64,000 bases of DNA from Eledone cirrhosa (taxonomy: Eukaryota): assembly GCA_964016885.1 (NCBI GenBank), contig OZ024746.1, positions 13,392,001 to 13,456,000 on the forward strand, given 5' to 3'. Every line of letters begins with the position of its first letter. The first letter of the stretch is position 1. Made by a program: the position numbers and the translations under genes. Below the pieces are notes generated by a model that was given only the letters and a program-made list of their open reading frames with translations, searched no databases and had not been told where the DNA came from. This document shows positions 23,101 to 54,479 of this stretch, in pieces.

Positions 23101-25140
23101 GGTTATAAGGATACGAAAGCACTTGAAATAAACAGCTTTGTATCGTAGAAGTAAGGATGTTTAGTATCAAAAGGGTTAATCAGAGAGAAAGATAAGTAAA
23201 TCAAAATTCATAATGAAGACAATGAGTTGGAGAAAAAAAAAATATTAAATAAAGCAGATGATAGAGTCCATGTTTGAAGTATGTAAGAGATGAAGATTCT
23301 AGTGAATATGTTGTAACTAGTTCAGTTCATATCTGACTTGAGCTTCCAGATGTTTTACTAAATGTCACTGGTGCTGTTAAGTCAGATTCCATATATTAGG
23401 GAATAAATACGCCACTTCAGTGCAAAACTAAGAATAAAGCTAGCTGCCAGGCTTCAGCGACCAAAACTGCCATTCATCCCCGTTGCCTTAAACTGCATAC
23501 AATAAGCCTGCCTAGGTTGAACAGAAAGTATGGAAATAAGTTAGTGCATAAATAAAAAAGGTTAGATAAAAATCTACATTAGTCAGAGAGGTAACTAATA
23601 AATTAGATATATAGACTCCATATACAAAAAATGGAGATTAATATTCACCAAAAAGCTACTTTAATAATAGGAGTGGGAAATTACAAACTAATTGTAATTC
23701 ATGGAGAAAAAAGCGTATTTTGTGAATTGCATTCTCTTCTAGTTAAGAAGCAATCATATTTTAAAGCTATTTCTTTATTGCACTAATTTCAAATACTCTT
23801 TATCGAAGAAAATCATACACCATATACAGTGTATATTATTTGTTGAATGAATACTAGTACTAAAAAATATTAATACCTTAGAGAGGGAATACAATGAAGT
23901 AAGGCAAAGAAAAAAAAAAAACAAGATGAAATGAACCATCTTAATATGGCTTCTTATTTTCATGGGTACATTGATCAGTGATAGTAACTGCAAGCAGATG
24001 GGAGGTGGGTAATGAAAGACTTGACACAAGTATACTTAAGTTTAATACTTTACAATAGAGATATATTCTGATGATAGTAATATCTTGAACAAAGAATGTA
24101 GGGATAGTCGACTGGAAAGCAAAATGCAGGTGCCAAAGAAGTTTATCAAGAGTGTTGAGCTAAATATGCTTGATAAGAGGCAGAAAGCATTTTTACCTTA
24201 CAAACAAATAAAATTTTACTAGGAGTTACAGTACAACTATTCTTGTTATGAAATCTTCCAGAAATGTTATTGCAAGCGACAGAACAAATATTCTCATTAC
24301 GACCCCTGCCAGAAATTCTATTGCGAGCCACAGTATACGTGTTCCTGTAGCAACTGTGATAAATGTGCTAACACTATTTTCAATCTTTTAAAATTTGTTC
24401 TAGCCTCTCAAAGAATAATCCTAGATTGCCATCCAGCTTATTTGAAAATATTGAGACATAATAAAGATTTGATATAGACATGAAGTGGTAATATTTCATT
24501 CCTTTATTCTTTTCCTCGTTATTATCCTGAAGGAGACCCCCCCAACAGAATTTTATGCTATTCACTTTACAGAAAATTCATTAGGTTTCTGTTCTACTTT
24601 TTATTTATCACACATTAAACTTTGTAACAAAACCTGATATACAAAATATAAAAGGCTTATCCAAAAGAAAAAAATGTTAAATATTAAGCCAAGTACTGGA
24701 ACATCACAAAATATAATATATAATACATACACACAAATCAAAAAATTTACATGTGAAGAACACATATTTCAATATGACTTCATTTTTATCCAACACAATT
24801 TTTTTTTATCAATTGAAAGAAATGAAAACTTTAAAACAAAAATAGTAAAAATCTTACTTTAATATAAATAGTGGTTCTGTGAAACATGTATATATATATG
24901 AAACACAAACAATACATTAGAAAGAAAATTAAATCTTAGCGATTTAATTTTCTTTCTAATGCATTGTTTGGTTTTCAAAATTATTTTAATTTGTGTTTCC
25001 TATTCAACAATGCTTCAAGCAAGCTACAAAACTATATATATATTACTATAATGTTTCAAAAGACCAATCAAGTGAATAATCAGATATTGATAAAATAACA
25101 CTGAGATATTATTTACCTGATAGATAAGCCAACTTCAGAC
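20160..25140 (-). other. Multi-exon 3'UTR of gene 2
   Basis: Donor CAG|GTAAAT after 25117; candidate cassette 24344-24197; tandem acceptor TAG|GCAG|G giving starts at 23511/23507; donor AAG|GTAATG after 22830; acceptor TTTCAG|G at 21614. Several minus-strand AATAAA at 20.2-20.6 kb; 3' end uncertain. Confidence 0.55.
22980..23179. mobile_element. Degenerate TTAA-flanked MITE (piggyBac-type ends)
   Basis: Termini TTAA-CTCTTT ... AAAGGG-TTAA; non-coding. Confidence 0.4.
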
Positions 25141-34481
<9,341 letters not shown>

Positions 34482-34499
34482 GATAGATCCTTTGTGATA

Positions 34500-34570
34500 A
34501 AGCTAGAAAGAGTACTTCCGCTTTAATGATCATTATATATAGGCTCCATATTGAGCACTCTCATTGGTAC
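34500..34570 (-). promoter_or_regulatory. Core promoter of gene 2 MPE exon (CCAAT, TATA, ETS, pyrimidine initiator)
   Basis: Minus strand: CCAAT 34567-34563, TATATATAA 34541-34533, GCGGAAGT, CTCTTTC at 34512-34506 (~29 nt from TATA), ATG at 34481. Confidence 0.7.
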
Positions 34571-35359
34571 ATTTAAATAAAAGAAGATGGCTATGATTGG
34601 TGAATGGTGACTAGCTTATTTTACAAAGATATTAATTTGCACCATATGCAAATTTCAACATATAAAGTCTACGGAAAAGATGCTCGATTTAAATCGTTTT
34701 ATTTATGCAATAATTCATATGTAATTTTACAATCGTTTATAAAAATGCTGTTTTTCTTTATTATTTACAGGGTGAGGAGGACAGAATATTCTAATAGTTA
34801 ATATTTCTACAGCAACGTGGCAGCAGTAGATTTCAAGTGACGCCAAACGGACGACTAGAAAATGGCATTCATTTTCTACACCCCTCCCCTCATACTAAGA
34901 ACCAAATCGCTATTTTAAGCGAGATGGATATAATTCGTCACAGAATCCAGATGCAATCAATAAAACTATGCGTTAAATGATATATACAACGAATGTAATA
35001 GCAATTTTGCCATCTAAATCTTTACTTTTTCAAATAGAATCATCGTAAAAATTTCCGAAATATTGAATAGTTACGCTTAAACTTTTTAATAAGACTGTTT
35101 TACCCTCCCCTTCTTTAATTTTTTTTTTTTTTTTTTTTAAATTTATGAAACAAAAATAGCTAAGATTTTATGAAACTTAGCTTTATAGCCATTACCCATA
35201 TTAACGTTCTAAATTAGAAAATAATTGATAGAAATCTGAATATGATAGTTGATGGGTTTTTTAACCAACGTAATAGAAAACCAATTTGAAGCCATCAAGA
35301 CGAATTATTCAAGAACTTACAGGTTGATTGGAAAAGTGAAAAAAAGAAATTCAAGACAA

Positions 35360-36613
35360 AAGCGAAAAAATCTAAAATTTTATTTCATATTTATTCAACA
35401 TAAAGTTTATACATTTCAATCTAATCTATAACTGAAAAACCAAAATCCAAGCAAAATCAACGTTAATTAAAAAAATAAAAACAAGTCAAAACAAATTGTA
35501 CCATTTCTATTATTTAATGAACAAAATTTCACAAGGCAAGATCCACTAATTCAAAATGAGTTATGGAATTGAACAGTTCACTAAACAGAATTTAATGGGT
35601 GAAGACTTCAAGTTATACCAATGTGAAATTAGGATGAAGTTATGGCACAAAATGTGAACAAATGGATCTTAGAGTAATGTCAAGCTGGAGAGGAAGGGAC
35701 AATGCCAAAACTGCAGCCCAACTTTCATCATACAGGTGTTCAGAAATTTCTTGGACAAATGAAAATCTCGTACCACTGCCAAGAGCTTCATTTAAAACTT
35801 TTAGTTCAAATATAAAAGTGATAAAATAGCTGTGAAATACAGAGTTCAATAATTTGCAGAAAAGAAAAGTAGATTTTTTTATTTTTAAATCCAGCTTTTA
35901 AAATTTTGTTTACCATTAATGTTTCAACTTCCTATATCTAGAAGCTGGACAAGAAGATAAATTCCTAAAGCAACCTATATTCAAGATAATATGTATTTAG
36001 CTGTTTTTCTTTCTTTTGAAGTAAAATGAATATAGAAGTCATGAAATTACAATATTGTATTAATATAGCTTTGATGAGTATCTCAGCTAACTGAATTAGA
36101 TGGCAGGAATGTGTAAGTGCAGAAGGTGAAACAAATTAGCATTAGGAGTGGAGGAGTGGTTGAAAGAATTGTATGGATATTTATGAAGAAAATGATGTTA
36201 AATTATTTTTTACTGTTACTCATACAATAAATGTCCTTTTAGCAATACCATCTAAGAAACAGCTTGGTCTTAAAAGTAGAATACCAACCATGACAATGTA
36301 GCAAAGATAAGATAAGCACAATCTTGTACAAAATGTGAGTTTTCTTTTAAATCTTCAACCTAATTTTTTTTCTTTTTATGAAACATATTTACAATATAAA
36401 AAGAAAGTCTATGAAATTTTTTCCCTTTTCATTTTTATGGTTTTGTTTAATTGGGATGGCATATTTTGCAGTAGTTGTCTGTTGTGAGGTTTTCTGAATC
36501 ATGTAAAAAAAATAAAAAAAAATAAAATCAGCAGGTCAAAGAGTTTAGTACTCCAGTTGGTCAGCATTTTGTTAAAAGATGCTTTGATGAATCAGCTCCA
36601 CATTTAACCATAC
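35360..36613 (-). other. Terminal 3'UTR exon of gene 3
   Basis: Long pyrimidine tract + TTTTCAG|G at 36613; minus-strand AATAAA near 35380-35395; pairs with donor TAG|GTACGT after 39848. Confidence 0.6.
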
Positions 36614-37030
36614 CTGAAAAAGAAAGAAAGAAAATAGTCAGCAAACAATGCGAAATGAAAACGGACAACACATTTTATACAGCAATTAAAAGCAACAACT
36701 GATTATGTAAATAGGCAGATATGGCTGTGTAGGTAAATACTTCATTTTGCAACCACAAGGTTCTAGTTTCAGTACCACTACACAGTTCCTTGCACTAGTG
36801 TTTACTAGACTCAAGTTTACCAATGCCTTGTGAGAATTTGGTAGAGGGAAACTGTAAAAGCCTGTCATATATTGTGTGTTTCTTTGACACATATATATAT
36901 ATATTTACATTTGTATGTGTTTATGTCCCAAACATTAATAATTCAACATAAAGGATAAAATAAGTACCAAAGTTGAAAAAAAAGCAAACTGGAATTAATA
37001 TGACTTACTGGCTGCTGCCTAATGACCGAA

Positions 37031-37062
<32 letters not shown>

Positions 37063-37789
37063 CATCATCATTTTACGTCCGCTTTTATATATAAATTATC
37101 GTTTTGTCCACAGTGGCATGAGTTTGACAAGGATTTTCGAAGCAGAATCTTATGGCCCTTCTTCACATTTTCACTCAACTAACCACTAAGCATCACTTTT
37201 GTTTATACATCATAGCCAAATACTGAAGAAATACTGCCTATTTCTTCAGAAAATAAAATATATTAAACTGAAAGGTTGATCTCTCTTAACATAAACATTC
37301 TGCATTATAACAATAACAAACAGTTAATACACACTTTTAACACAGAATATCTAATTAATGTAAAATATCATTCCACACTGTAAATGCGGTTGCTGTTATG
37401 AAGGGCATCCAGCTGTAGAAAAATTGGCCAAAATACAGTCCCATTTGAGCAAGGTACGGTGTGACTAACTGACCAGATTAGCCTCATAACGTGGACGACT
37501 TGTCTAACATATGACGTTAAACAGTGATGATGTTCAAACAGGTGCCCAACTATAGTAATATATTAATACTACTGGCTTTATATCACCATCACCATTTTAC
37601 GTCCGTTCTTCCACGCTAGCATGGGTTAGACGGGTTGGCCTGTTGTGGGCAGTGTCCGGTCGGCTGACCTTATCTTGCTCATACAGGAACAGATGGATGC
37701 CCTTCCTAACACCAGCCTCATTTACAATGAGTGCTGGGTGCTTTTTTGGCACCTCCACGACCACTGTGCAGTGGAATTGAATGATAGGG

Positions 37790-37947
37790 ACCCTAGTCCT
37801 ATCAACTTATTTCTACAGCTGAGTAAACTGGAGCAATGTGAAATAAAGTGTCTTGCTCATGGAAACAACACATCACCCGGTCCAAGAATTGAAATCACAA
37901 CCTTTCAATTGCAAGCCCAATGCTCTAACCACTAAACCATGCGCCTA
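37790..37947 (-). mobile_element. tRNA-derived SINE fragment of a different family
   Basis: Minus strand AGGCGCATGGTTTAGTGGTTAGAGCATTGGGC (A box) ... GAGCAAGACACTTTATTTCAC core. Confidence 0.6.
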
Positions 37948-37964
37948 TATGTTATATATATATC

Positions 37965-39770
37965 CTCATCACCGTTTTATGTCCGTTCTTCCACGCTAGC
38001 ATGAATTAAGACTGGTTGTCCTGTTGTGGGCAGTAGCAGGTCGGCTGACCATGCGGGAACTGATTCTGGCTTGATTTCTACAGCTGGATGCCCTTCCTAA
38101 CACCAGCCTTATTTACAGTGACTGCTGGGTGCTTTTTTTCCATGGCGCCTACCCGTGCACTTTACAGTGTGGACTGGATGCTTTTTTGCCGTGGCACCTC
38201 CACGACCACTTTACAGTGGGAGGGTGTGGGGGCATGTTGTCTATATGCTTCAGCTTCGGCTTGTACCCATGGGGGGTATTGTGTATTACCGCGCGACGCC
38301 AGAGGTCACGGTCGCGTGTGATCGCCTTTTGAGATATGTAATTGGGTATGGTTGGCTTTTATTACCTCATCCCAGGTCTCCCCACTCCGCGGCTTCCATC
38401 GACTTCTAGTGCTCTGCACCTTTTTATGCAGCTGTCACCCTTCATATGCATCACGTCCATACCAATGCAACCGCCTCTCCTGCACACAGCATTTGATTCC
38501 TCTTATGCTCAGTCTCTCTCTCAATTCGTTTATGCTTTGCCATTCACGTATATTACTATTACACATCCATCGGAGCATGCAGGCTTCGTTTCTTTCTAAT
38601 CTATGCAAGTCTTCTACAGACAGCGCCCAGGTCTCACTACCATGTAACATTGCTGTTCGTATACACACATCATACAGTCTGCTTTTCATTTTGAGGGAAA
38701 AACCTTTTGCAGCTAGCAGTGAAAGTAGCTCCCTGAACTTCTTCCCTCCCGTTCTTACCCTAGTTATTGTACTTTCCAAACACCTACCTCCGCTGCTAAT
38801 TCGATCACCTAGGTAGCAGAAGCTGACTACTGTGTCTACAGAGCCCTCCCAGAGTTTGGTGGTGCTTGTTTCCTGCTTGCTGTCCCAGCGCAGGTGCTAC
38901 ATGTGAAGCCTACATTCTTAGTTAAGCTTCCTGAGGTCCCACTACATCTCTTGTGTACCCATTGTTTCCATTTGGGGCAGAGAATGGAGTTCCTACCTAC
39001 ACCTTTCCTACAAACTGAGCAAGGCCATTTCCCTGAGGGGATCTGGGTTCTGTTTTCTCGTCTACTTACAAGGACCTTAGTCTTTGTCAGGTTGACTTTG
39101 AGACCCTTTCTTACATATTTGGGATTTCTTCTCTAGTTTTACCATAGATTCAGCTATAAGTGCGCAGTCATACAGGAGTTCCCATGGGCATCCGGTCTTA
39201 AACTCCTCCGTTATTGCCTGCAAAACTATGTTGAACAGGAGAGGGCTAAGAACAGAGCCCTGGTGGACACCGAACTGTATGCTAAATTCCTTGCTATAAT
39301 CATTGCTAATCCTAACTTTGCTGACTACTCCCCTACACATGGCTTGTACAGCTTTCACAAGCCATTCATCTACTCCTAGTTTCTAAGAGCCCACCAAATT
39401 ATAACACGGCAAGCTCTGTCAAAGGCTTTCTCCAGATCGACGAATGCCAAGTAGAGCGGCTTACTTTTAGCTAGATACTTTTCCTGTAACTGCCTCACAA
39501 GGAAGAGGGCATCAGTGGTGCCTTTTCCTGGCACAAACCCAAATTGCATCTCATCTAGTATCACCCAGTCCCTAATCAACTGTGCTATAACTCTTTGCTA
39601 CTTTCATGACCTGATCCATCAGCTTTATACCTCTATAGTTTCCTCTATCTAGTGCATTACCTTTACCTTTGTAGCAGTTGACAATGATGCTGCTGCACCA
39701 ATCCTTTGGTATGACACCTTCTAGTATTACCTGGTTAACAATACGTATCACCAGCTGCTGTTTTATTCTA
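37965..39770 (-). mobile_element. 5'-truncated RTE (BovB-like) LINE, RT pseudogene plus 3'UTR
   Basis: Peptides YKGKGNALDRGNYRGIKLM, MQFGFVPGKGTTDALF..AFVDLEKAFDR, GVHQGSVLSPLLF and RTAMLHGSETW..RLERNE..LRWM, with frameshifts. Extra 3'UTR fragments at ~37060-37140, 37385-37535 (inverted) and 37585-37765. Confidence 0.92.
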
Positions 39771-39876
39771 TTTAACAATTCCACTAGAAGATAATTTACA
39801 AATCCTTATTACAAAGGTTTTATATAACAAAATGAATGTTTACGTACCTAAAATATTATGATGGGAAATAATGGAG

Positions 39877-49606
<9,730 letters not shown>

Positions 49607-49679
49607 TTTGATAATATGTGACTAGCGATTAATCTAACTTCTCTAACAATTCTCTACTTCCTTCTCGAACTACAGAATA

Positions 49680-49935
49680 TTTGCACGTGGTATGTGTAGA
49701 GGGAGATATTTGTCCAATCAGCGATGACGTGGCAACTAACTTTAACCACTGTCGGGAAATACTTTGAATTTAAGTATATTTTCTTTCAAGACTTTCTTTT
49801 GAAAATTTATATAAATAATTTTAATAAATATATATATAAAATATTGTAAAGTTTAAATATATATATTTTTTTTAATACTAGATTTTAACTGATGTATACT
49901 GAAAATGGGTTTGTGTATTGGGCGCATGCGTGCTT
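49680..49935 (-). promoter_or_regulatory. Promoter of gene 3
   Basis: E-box CACGTG 49684-49689, CCAAT 49714-49718, GATGACGTGGCA 49723-49734 and NRF1-like GCGCATGCGT at ~49922, all 80-330 nt upstream of ATG 49606. Confidence 0.65.
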
Positions 49936-51339
49936 AACTTATTCCTGTTTGTTCTTCTTGTATAAAACTATTTTGCAGACATCTTGAATGTATTTTAATT
50001 ACTTAGTGGGTTTTTATTCATTCAAATAAAATATGAATAACTAGTTAGTAAATATTTTCTGTTCTAATTTATTTTATTCTTTTGTATTTGCTTTAATCAT
50101 TTTTTTAATTTCCTTCTTGAAGAGGTTTATACCAAATCATTTCAGCGTGTACTTTTAACAATTGCGTGGTATTTTAAGTCTAATCTACTTTAACTGTTGA
50201 CTTCCATATTGTCTTAAGTATCTTAATCTCTATCAGAAACTTATAAACTATTGTATATTAAAGTGTGCATTTAAGATCATGATTTAAAAATACTTCTCGA
50301 CCCCGATCTTTCTAATTTTATATTTATAGGTAAACAGCATAAGTTTATCTTAAATTCTTAACACTAAAGATATAGATAAAAAAATTTCATAAAGTTTTGT
50401 ATCTGAGCATTAGAAAAATATCAAGTAAATAAAAATCAGATCATATTAATAAGTCTGAATCGTTATTTTTTCTCCGTATGTTAAAACCAAGATTCTAAAT
50501 ATCTGATCTAAGTATGACTACTTAATTTATAAAGTAAGATAAGAGAAAGAATGTGATAATCATATTTTTGAAATAAGTGACGTATGACAAGGTGTTATGG
50601 TTAGAACTAAGTTGTTGTTTTTAACCACTCTTTCCAATGTTTCTTACATCTAAATAGTTGAGGTTCTTAATAATTGCATTCACATCTAACAAATGGTGTT
50701 TCGATGACATAAGCAGTGAAAATTTGCTTTGTGAATAATGGTTCCTTAAATTTCTATTAGCATAAATTAACAGTTACTAGTAACCATGTAATAGATTTAT
50801 AAATGCCTATCCTTCCATGAATACACTTTATATTTAACTTCTGTAAGCGTACAAGAATATAGAAGCTATATTTATTTACGTAATAACGAAAAATCGTGAA
50901 TAATGAAATTCTTATGTATATTAATTAAACTTATTGTATTAAATTATTTCTAATCGAGTATATCTTTGTAATAAAAATACTAAAAACATTATTTTAATTA
51001 TTAATACGAATAATGATAATGATTTATTAATTGTCTATATATTGTTTATTCATAATCATGTCAAAATGAAAAAAAAAATGGAAATATGTTGTTGACTTTG
51101 GGAGAGAATTCTGTATAAATACAGCAAAGTATTTAGCTGATTTCACTGAAGAGGAATTTTAAATTTTCCATTCAAATTGTTAGAGGATATAATGTATGTA
51201 CGTGCGTGTATTTTTTGTTTTTTTTTTTCATGTTTATTTTGACTGGCCACCTTCCCAGTGGCATGGTTGTAAAGAAAAGGAACTCTTCATCGTCCCTTGC
51301 GTAAACGTGTATGCATTAAATTTTTATATTTTACAGATT

Positions 51340-51660
51340 ATGAAAATTCCAGTTACTGTAGCTTATGAATTATGGATCCACGTTCCTTCTCCAAGAACCC
51401 AGGTGCAGTCAGACTTTGGTCCAGGCGAGTTGGTATATATTCTGTAGATCCAATAATAATAGGTACTGGATCTGCAATCTCCTCATCAATGGTCTATAAG
51501 ATATATATTTTCTCTTGTATTTCCCTCTACATTGACATCAAGTGGGCAGCTGGCCTCCACAACAACCATGTTTTCAATCTATGGCCCCAAATAATAATAT
51601 CAGGCCAGTTTTATTTTAATTCGATGGCAATTTTTCTTTTCGGGTTCTAGAAGTCATGGT
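51340..51660 (-). mobile_element. 3' fragment of a REL-endonuclease non-LTR element (R4/NeSL-like)
   Basis: Minus-strand peptides PDIIIW, VVVEASCPLDVNV and VPIIIGSTEYIP are remnants of a PD..(D/E) endonuclease; frameshifted. Confidence 0.6.
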
Positions 51661-51693
51661 ATTTATGTGTGCGAATGCATACACGTACATATG

Positions 51694-52914
51694 TACGAGG
51701 CTGAAAAGTTCATAGGCTGACTATGAAGGAGTGATGCTAGTGCTTTGAAATCTTGAATGCATTAATTTCAACTCTTCTCATTTAAAACTGCATTGTTTCT
51801 TTCCAGCTAAACTAGTATCTTACAAAGGAGACTTCAAAAGAAACTAGTGGCAAATTCTTTTGAAAAATGGACAAAATTTGGCATCGTGGTGTTATCAAGT
51901 ACCTACAGAGAAAGGGTTTAGCCCCCAGGGACATTCATGGTGACATGGTTGAGAGATGAGGGGATGATGCTCAAGCTTTATCGACAGTGCAAAGGTGGGC
52001 AGCTGAATTTAGGAAGGGCAGAGAGAGTCTTGAAGATGACCCAAGATCTGGATGTTATATAGCTGCTACCACCAAGGAAAACACTGACTGTGTTCACCAC
52101 ATGGTGACAGATGACAGGCGATTGAATATAAATCAAATAGCCAATGCTATTACTATATCCCATGAGAGAGTTGAGAATATGCTGCACAATGAACTTGGCA
52201 TGATGAAGGTTTCTGACACTTGATCAAAAATGCACCAGGCTGATCACAGCATAGGAAAATGTGACAGCTGGTTTCCTAACAAAGGCTGAGTGTTGGATTC
52301 ATCACTTTGAGCCAGAGACAAAGTGACAATCCATGCAGTGGAAACACTTCTCACCTGCTCCAAAGAAAGCCAAGGTTGTTTCATCTGCAGGGAAGGTGAT
52401 GGCCTCAGTTTTTAAGGATTCAAAAGGTATTCTATCTATTGACTATTTTCAAAGGGGTCACATCATCAATAGAAAGTACTATGCCAAGTTGCTGAGAGAG
52501 TTACGAAAGGCCATCAAGATCAAACGCCCAGGAAAACTGATGAAAGGGGTCTTGTTTCATGAGGACAATGCTCCAGCACACAAGTCCTTGGTTTCAATGG
52601 TTGCTGTGCATGACTGGCTTTGAACTGGTTGATCACCCTCTTTATTCTCATGATTTGGGCCCATCTGACTATCATCTGTTCTCTACTCTAACATGAAAAC
52701 ACTTAGCTAGAAACCAGTATCGCAGCAATGATGATGTCATATCTGCTGTTGATGATTTTTTACGAACAGGACAAAAACTTCATCAATGGGATTCAATGGA
52801 AGATTGTGTGTGGATCACAAGGGGGACTATGTTGAAAAATAAACCTAATTTGGTTGTTACATTCCATGAGAGTATCTTGGTCAGCCTATGAACTTTTCAG
52901 CCAACCCTCATGTA
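51694..52914 (+). mobile_element. Mariner DNA transposon with defective transposase
   Basis: TIR GGCTGAAAAGTTCATAGGCTGAC (51699-51721) and its inverse at 52880-52902, TA-flanked. Peptides MDKIWHRGVIKYL, FRKGRESLEDDPRSG, SAGKVMASVF, LFHEDNAPAH and HPLYSHDLGPSDY; frameshifts and a deletion. Confidence 0.95.
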
Positions 52915-52937
52915 TGTGTGTGTGTGTGTGCCTGTAC

Positions 52938-53712
52938 ATGCATCATCATCATCGTTTAACGTCCATCTTCCACGTTTGCATGGGTTTGGACGGGAGTTTT
53001 CCCACTTGATGCAAGATTGGTTGTCTTGCTCGTATAGGACTGTCTGGCGGGTTTTCTACGGCTGGATGCCCTTCCTAACACCAACCACGTTTACAGTGTG
53101 GACTGGGAGGTTTTTACCATGTTACCTACACGGCCACATTACAGCGTGGACTGTGTGTTTTTTTTTCGTGATACCTACACGACCTCATTTATTTCGGCCT
53201 GGATGTTGTGGTACCAACATAACTTTACATCGAAAGGGGTGGGGCGGGGGTGTATTTTTGTTAGAGGTGCCTACTGACTGTAGGTTTCGCTTTGTACTTA
53301 GGCAAGGTGGGTCTTCTGTATTACTGTGTAGCACCATTGTCTTGGAGAGGTGTAAGTGTATGAGGTCGGAATTTATCAAGTTGTCCCAGGTTTTTCTGGG
53401 TCTGCCTACTCCGTGGCTACTATCTATTTTTATCGCCCTGCACTTTTTTATACAGCTGTCTTTCATGCGCATCACGTGACCATACCAACGTAGTCTGCTC
53501 TCGAGTAAACAACATCTGATTCCTCTTATTTCTAATTTCTCCCTTAGTTCATTTATGTTTTGCCGTTCACGTATATTACTATTACACATCCAATGGAGCA
53601 TGCAAGCTTCGTTCCTCTCCAGTCTGCGTATATCCTCTGCACACAATGCCCAAGTCTCACTGCCATGTAACATTGCTGTTCGTATGCTGGCATCATACAG
53701 CCTGCCTTTCAT
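52938..53712 (-). mobile_element. 3' end of RTE LINE (same family as 37965-39770)
   Basis: Peptide RLYDASIRTAMLHGSETWAL..RLRWYGHVMRM..GRPRKTW, shared 3'UTR and (GAT)n tail. Confidence 0.9.
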
Positions 53713-54479
53713 GTGTCCTAATACCTTAATCATATATATGTATGATAATGATAAAAACTAGAGAAAGTACAACAGATCTATGACTGAGCTCACACAAGAT
53801 CTATTACCAACTCACCTGACTACTTTTTAACAATATCTCACATACTAGACCTTTTCATTAACTATATTTCTTACCAATGGTGCCAAAGTTTTCTATCATA
53901 TGTATGTTTTCTCTGCCCCCCCCCCCTCCTCTCACTATAGACAATATATATAGACATACACACACACACACACATTATCATCATATAAAGTGAGTGTGAT
54001 GGACAGGAGGACGGATGGACAGACACAGTGTTCTTATTATAATACATATTACTCATGCGTGCTGACAAAGACAGTAAACTTTGTTATGTGGCAGGTGTAT
54101 TAGAGCAGTTATGAGTAAGAAAGCTCTCTGAAAGGAAATAATAGTTTTTGTTATATAGATGACCTAGTAAGCTGTAGAGGTGGGTGGTTCAGAAAGCAAA
54201 TTTGTCCCTGTGAGAAAGAGGTGCAAATGAGGAGAGAGCTTTGAATACACAAGATTTGTGAAGGTTAGGAAAAAAATTAGGTATGTTTTACTAGGTGTGT
54301 GATGTTAGTGTGCATGAAAAACAGAACACAAATAAACTGAGATAAAAGGAAAAATCTAGTGAGAAAAGAGAAAACACACAGAAACATGATGCAGAAGCAC
54401 ATATTTGAGTGTGACATACACACTGTCAATTTAACATAAGTATTTTAGAACCAAACTTATTGTAAAGCTAATGAATGAA

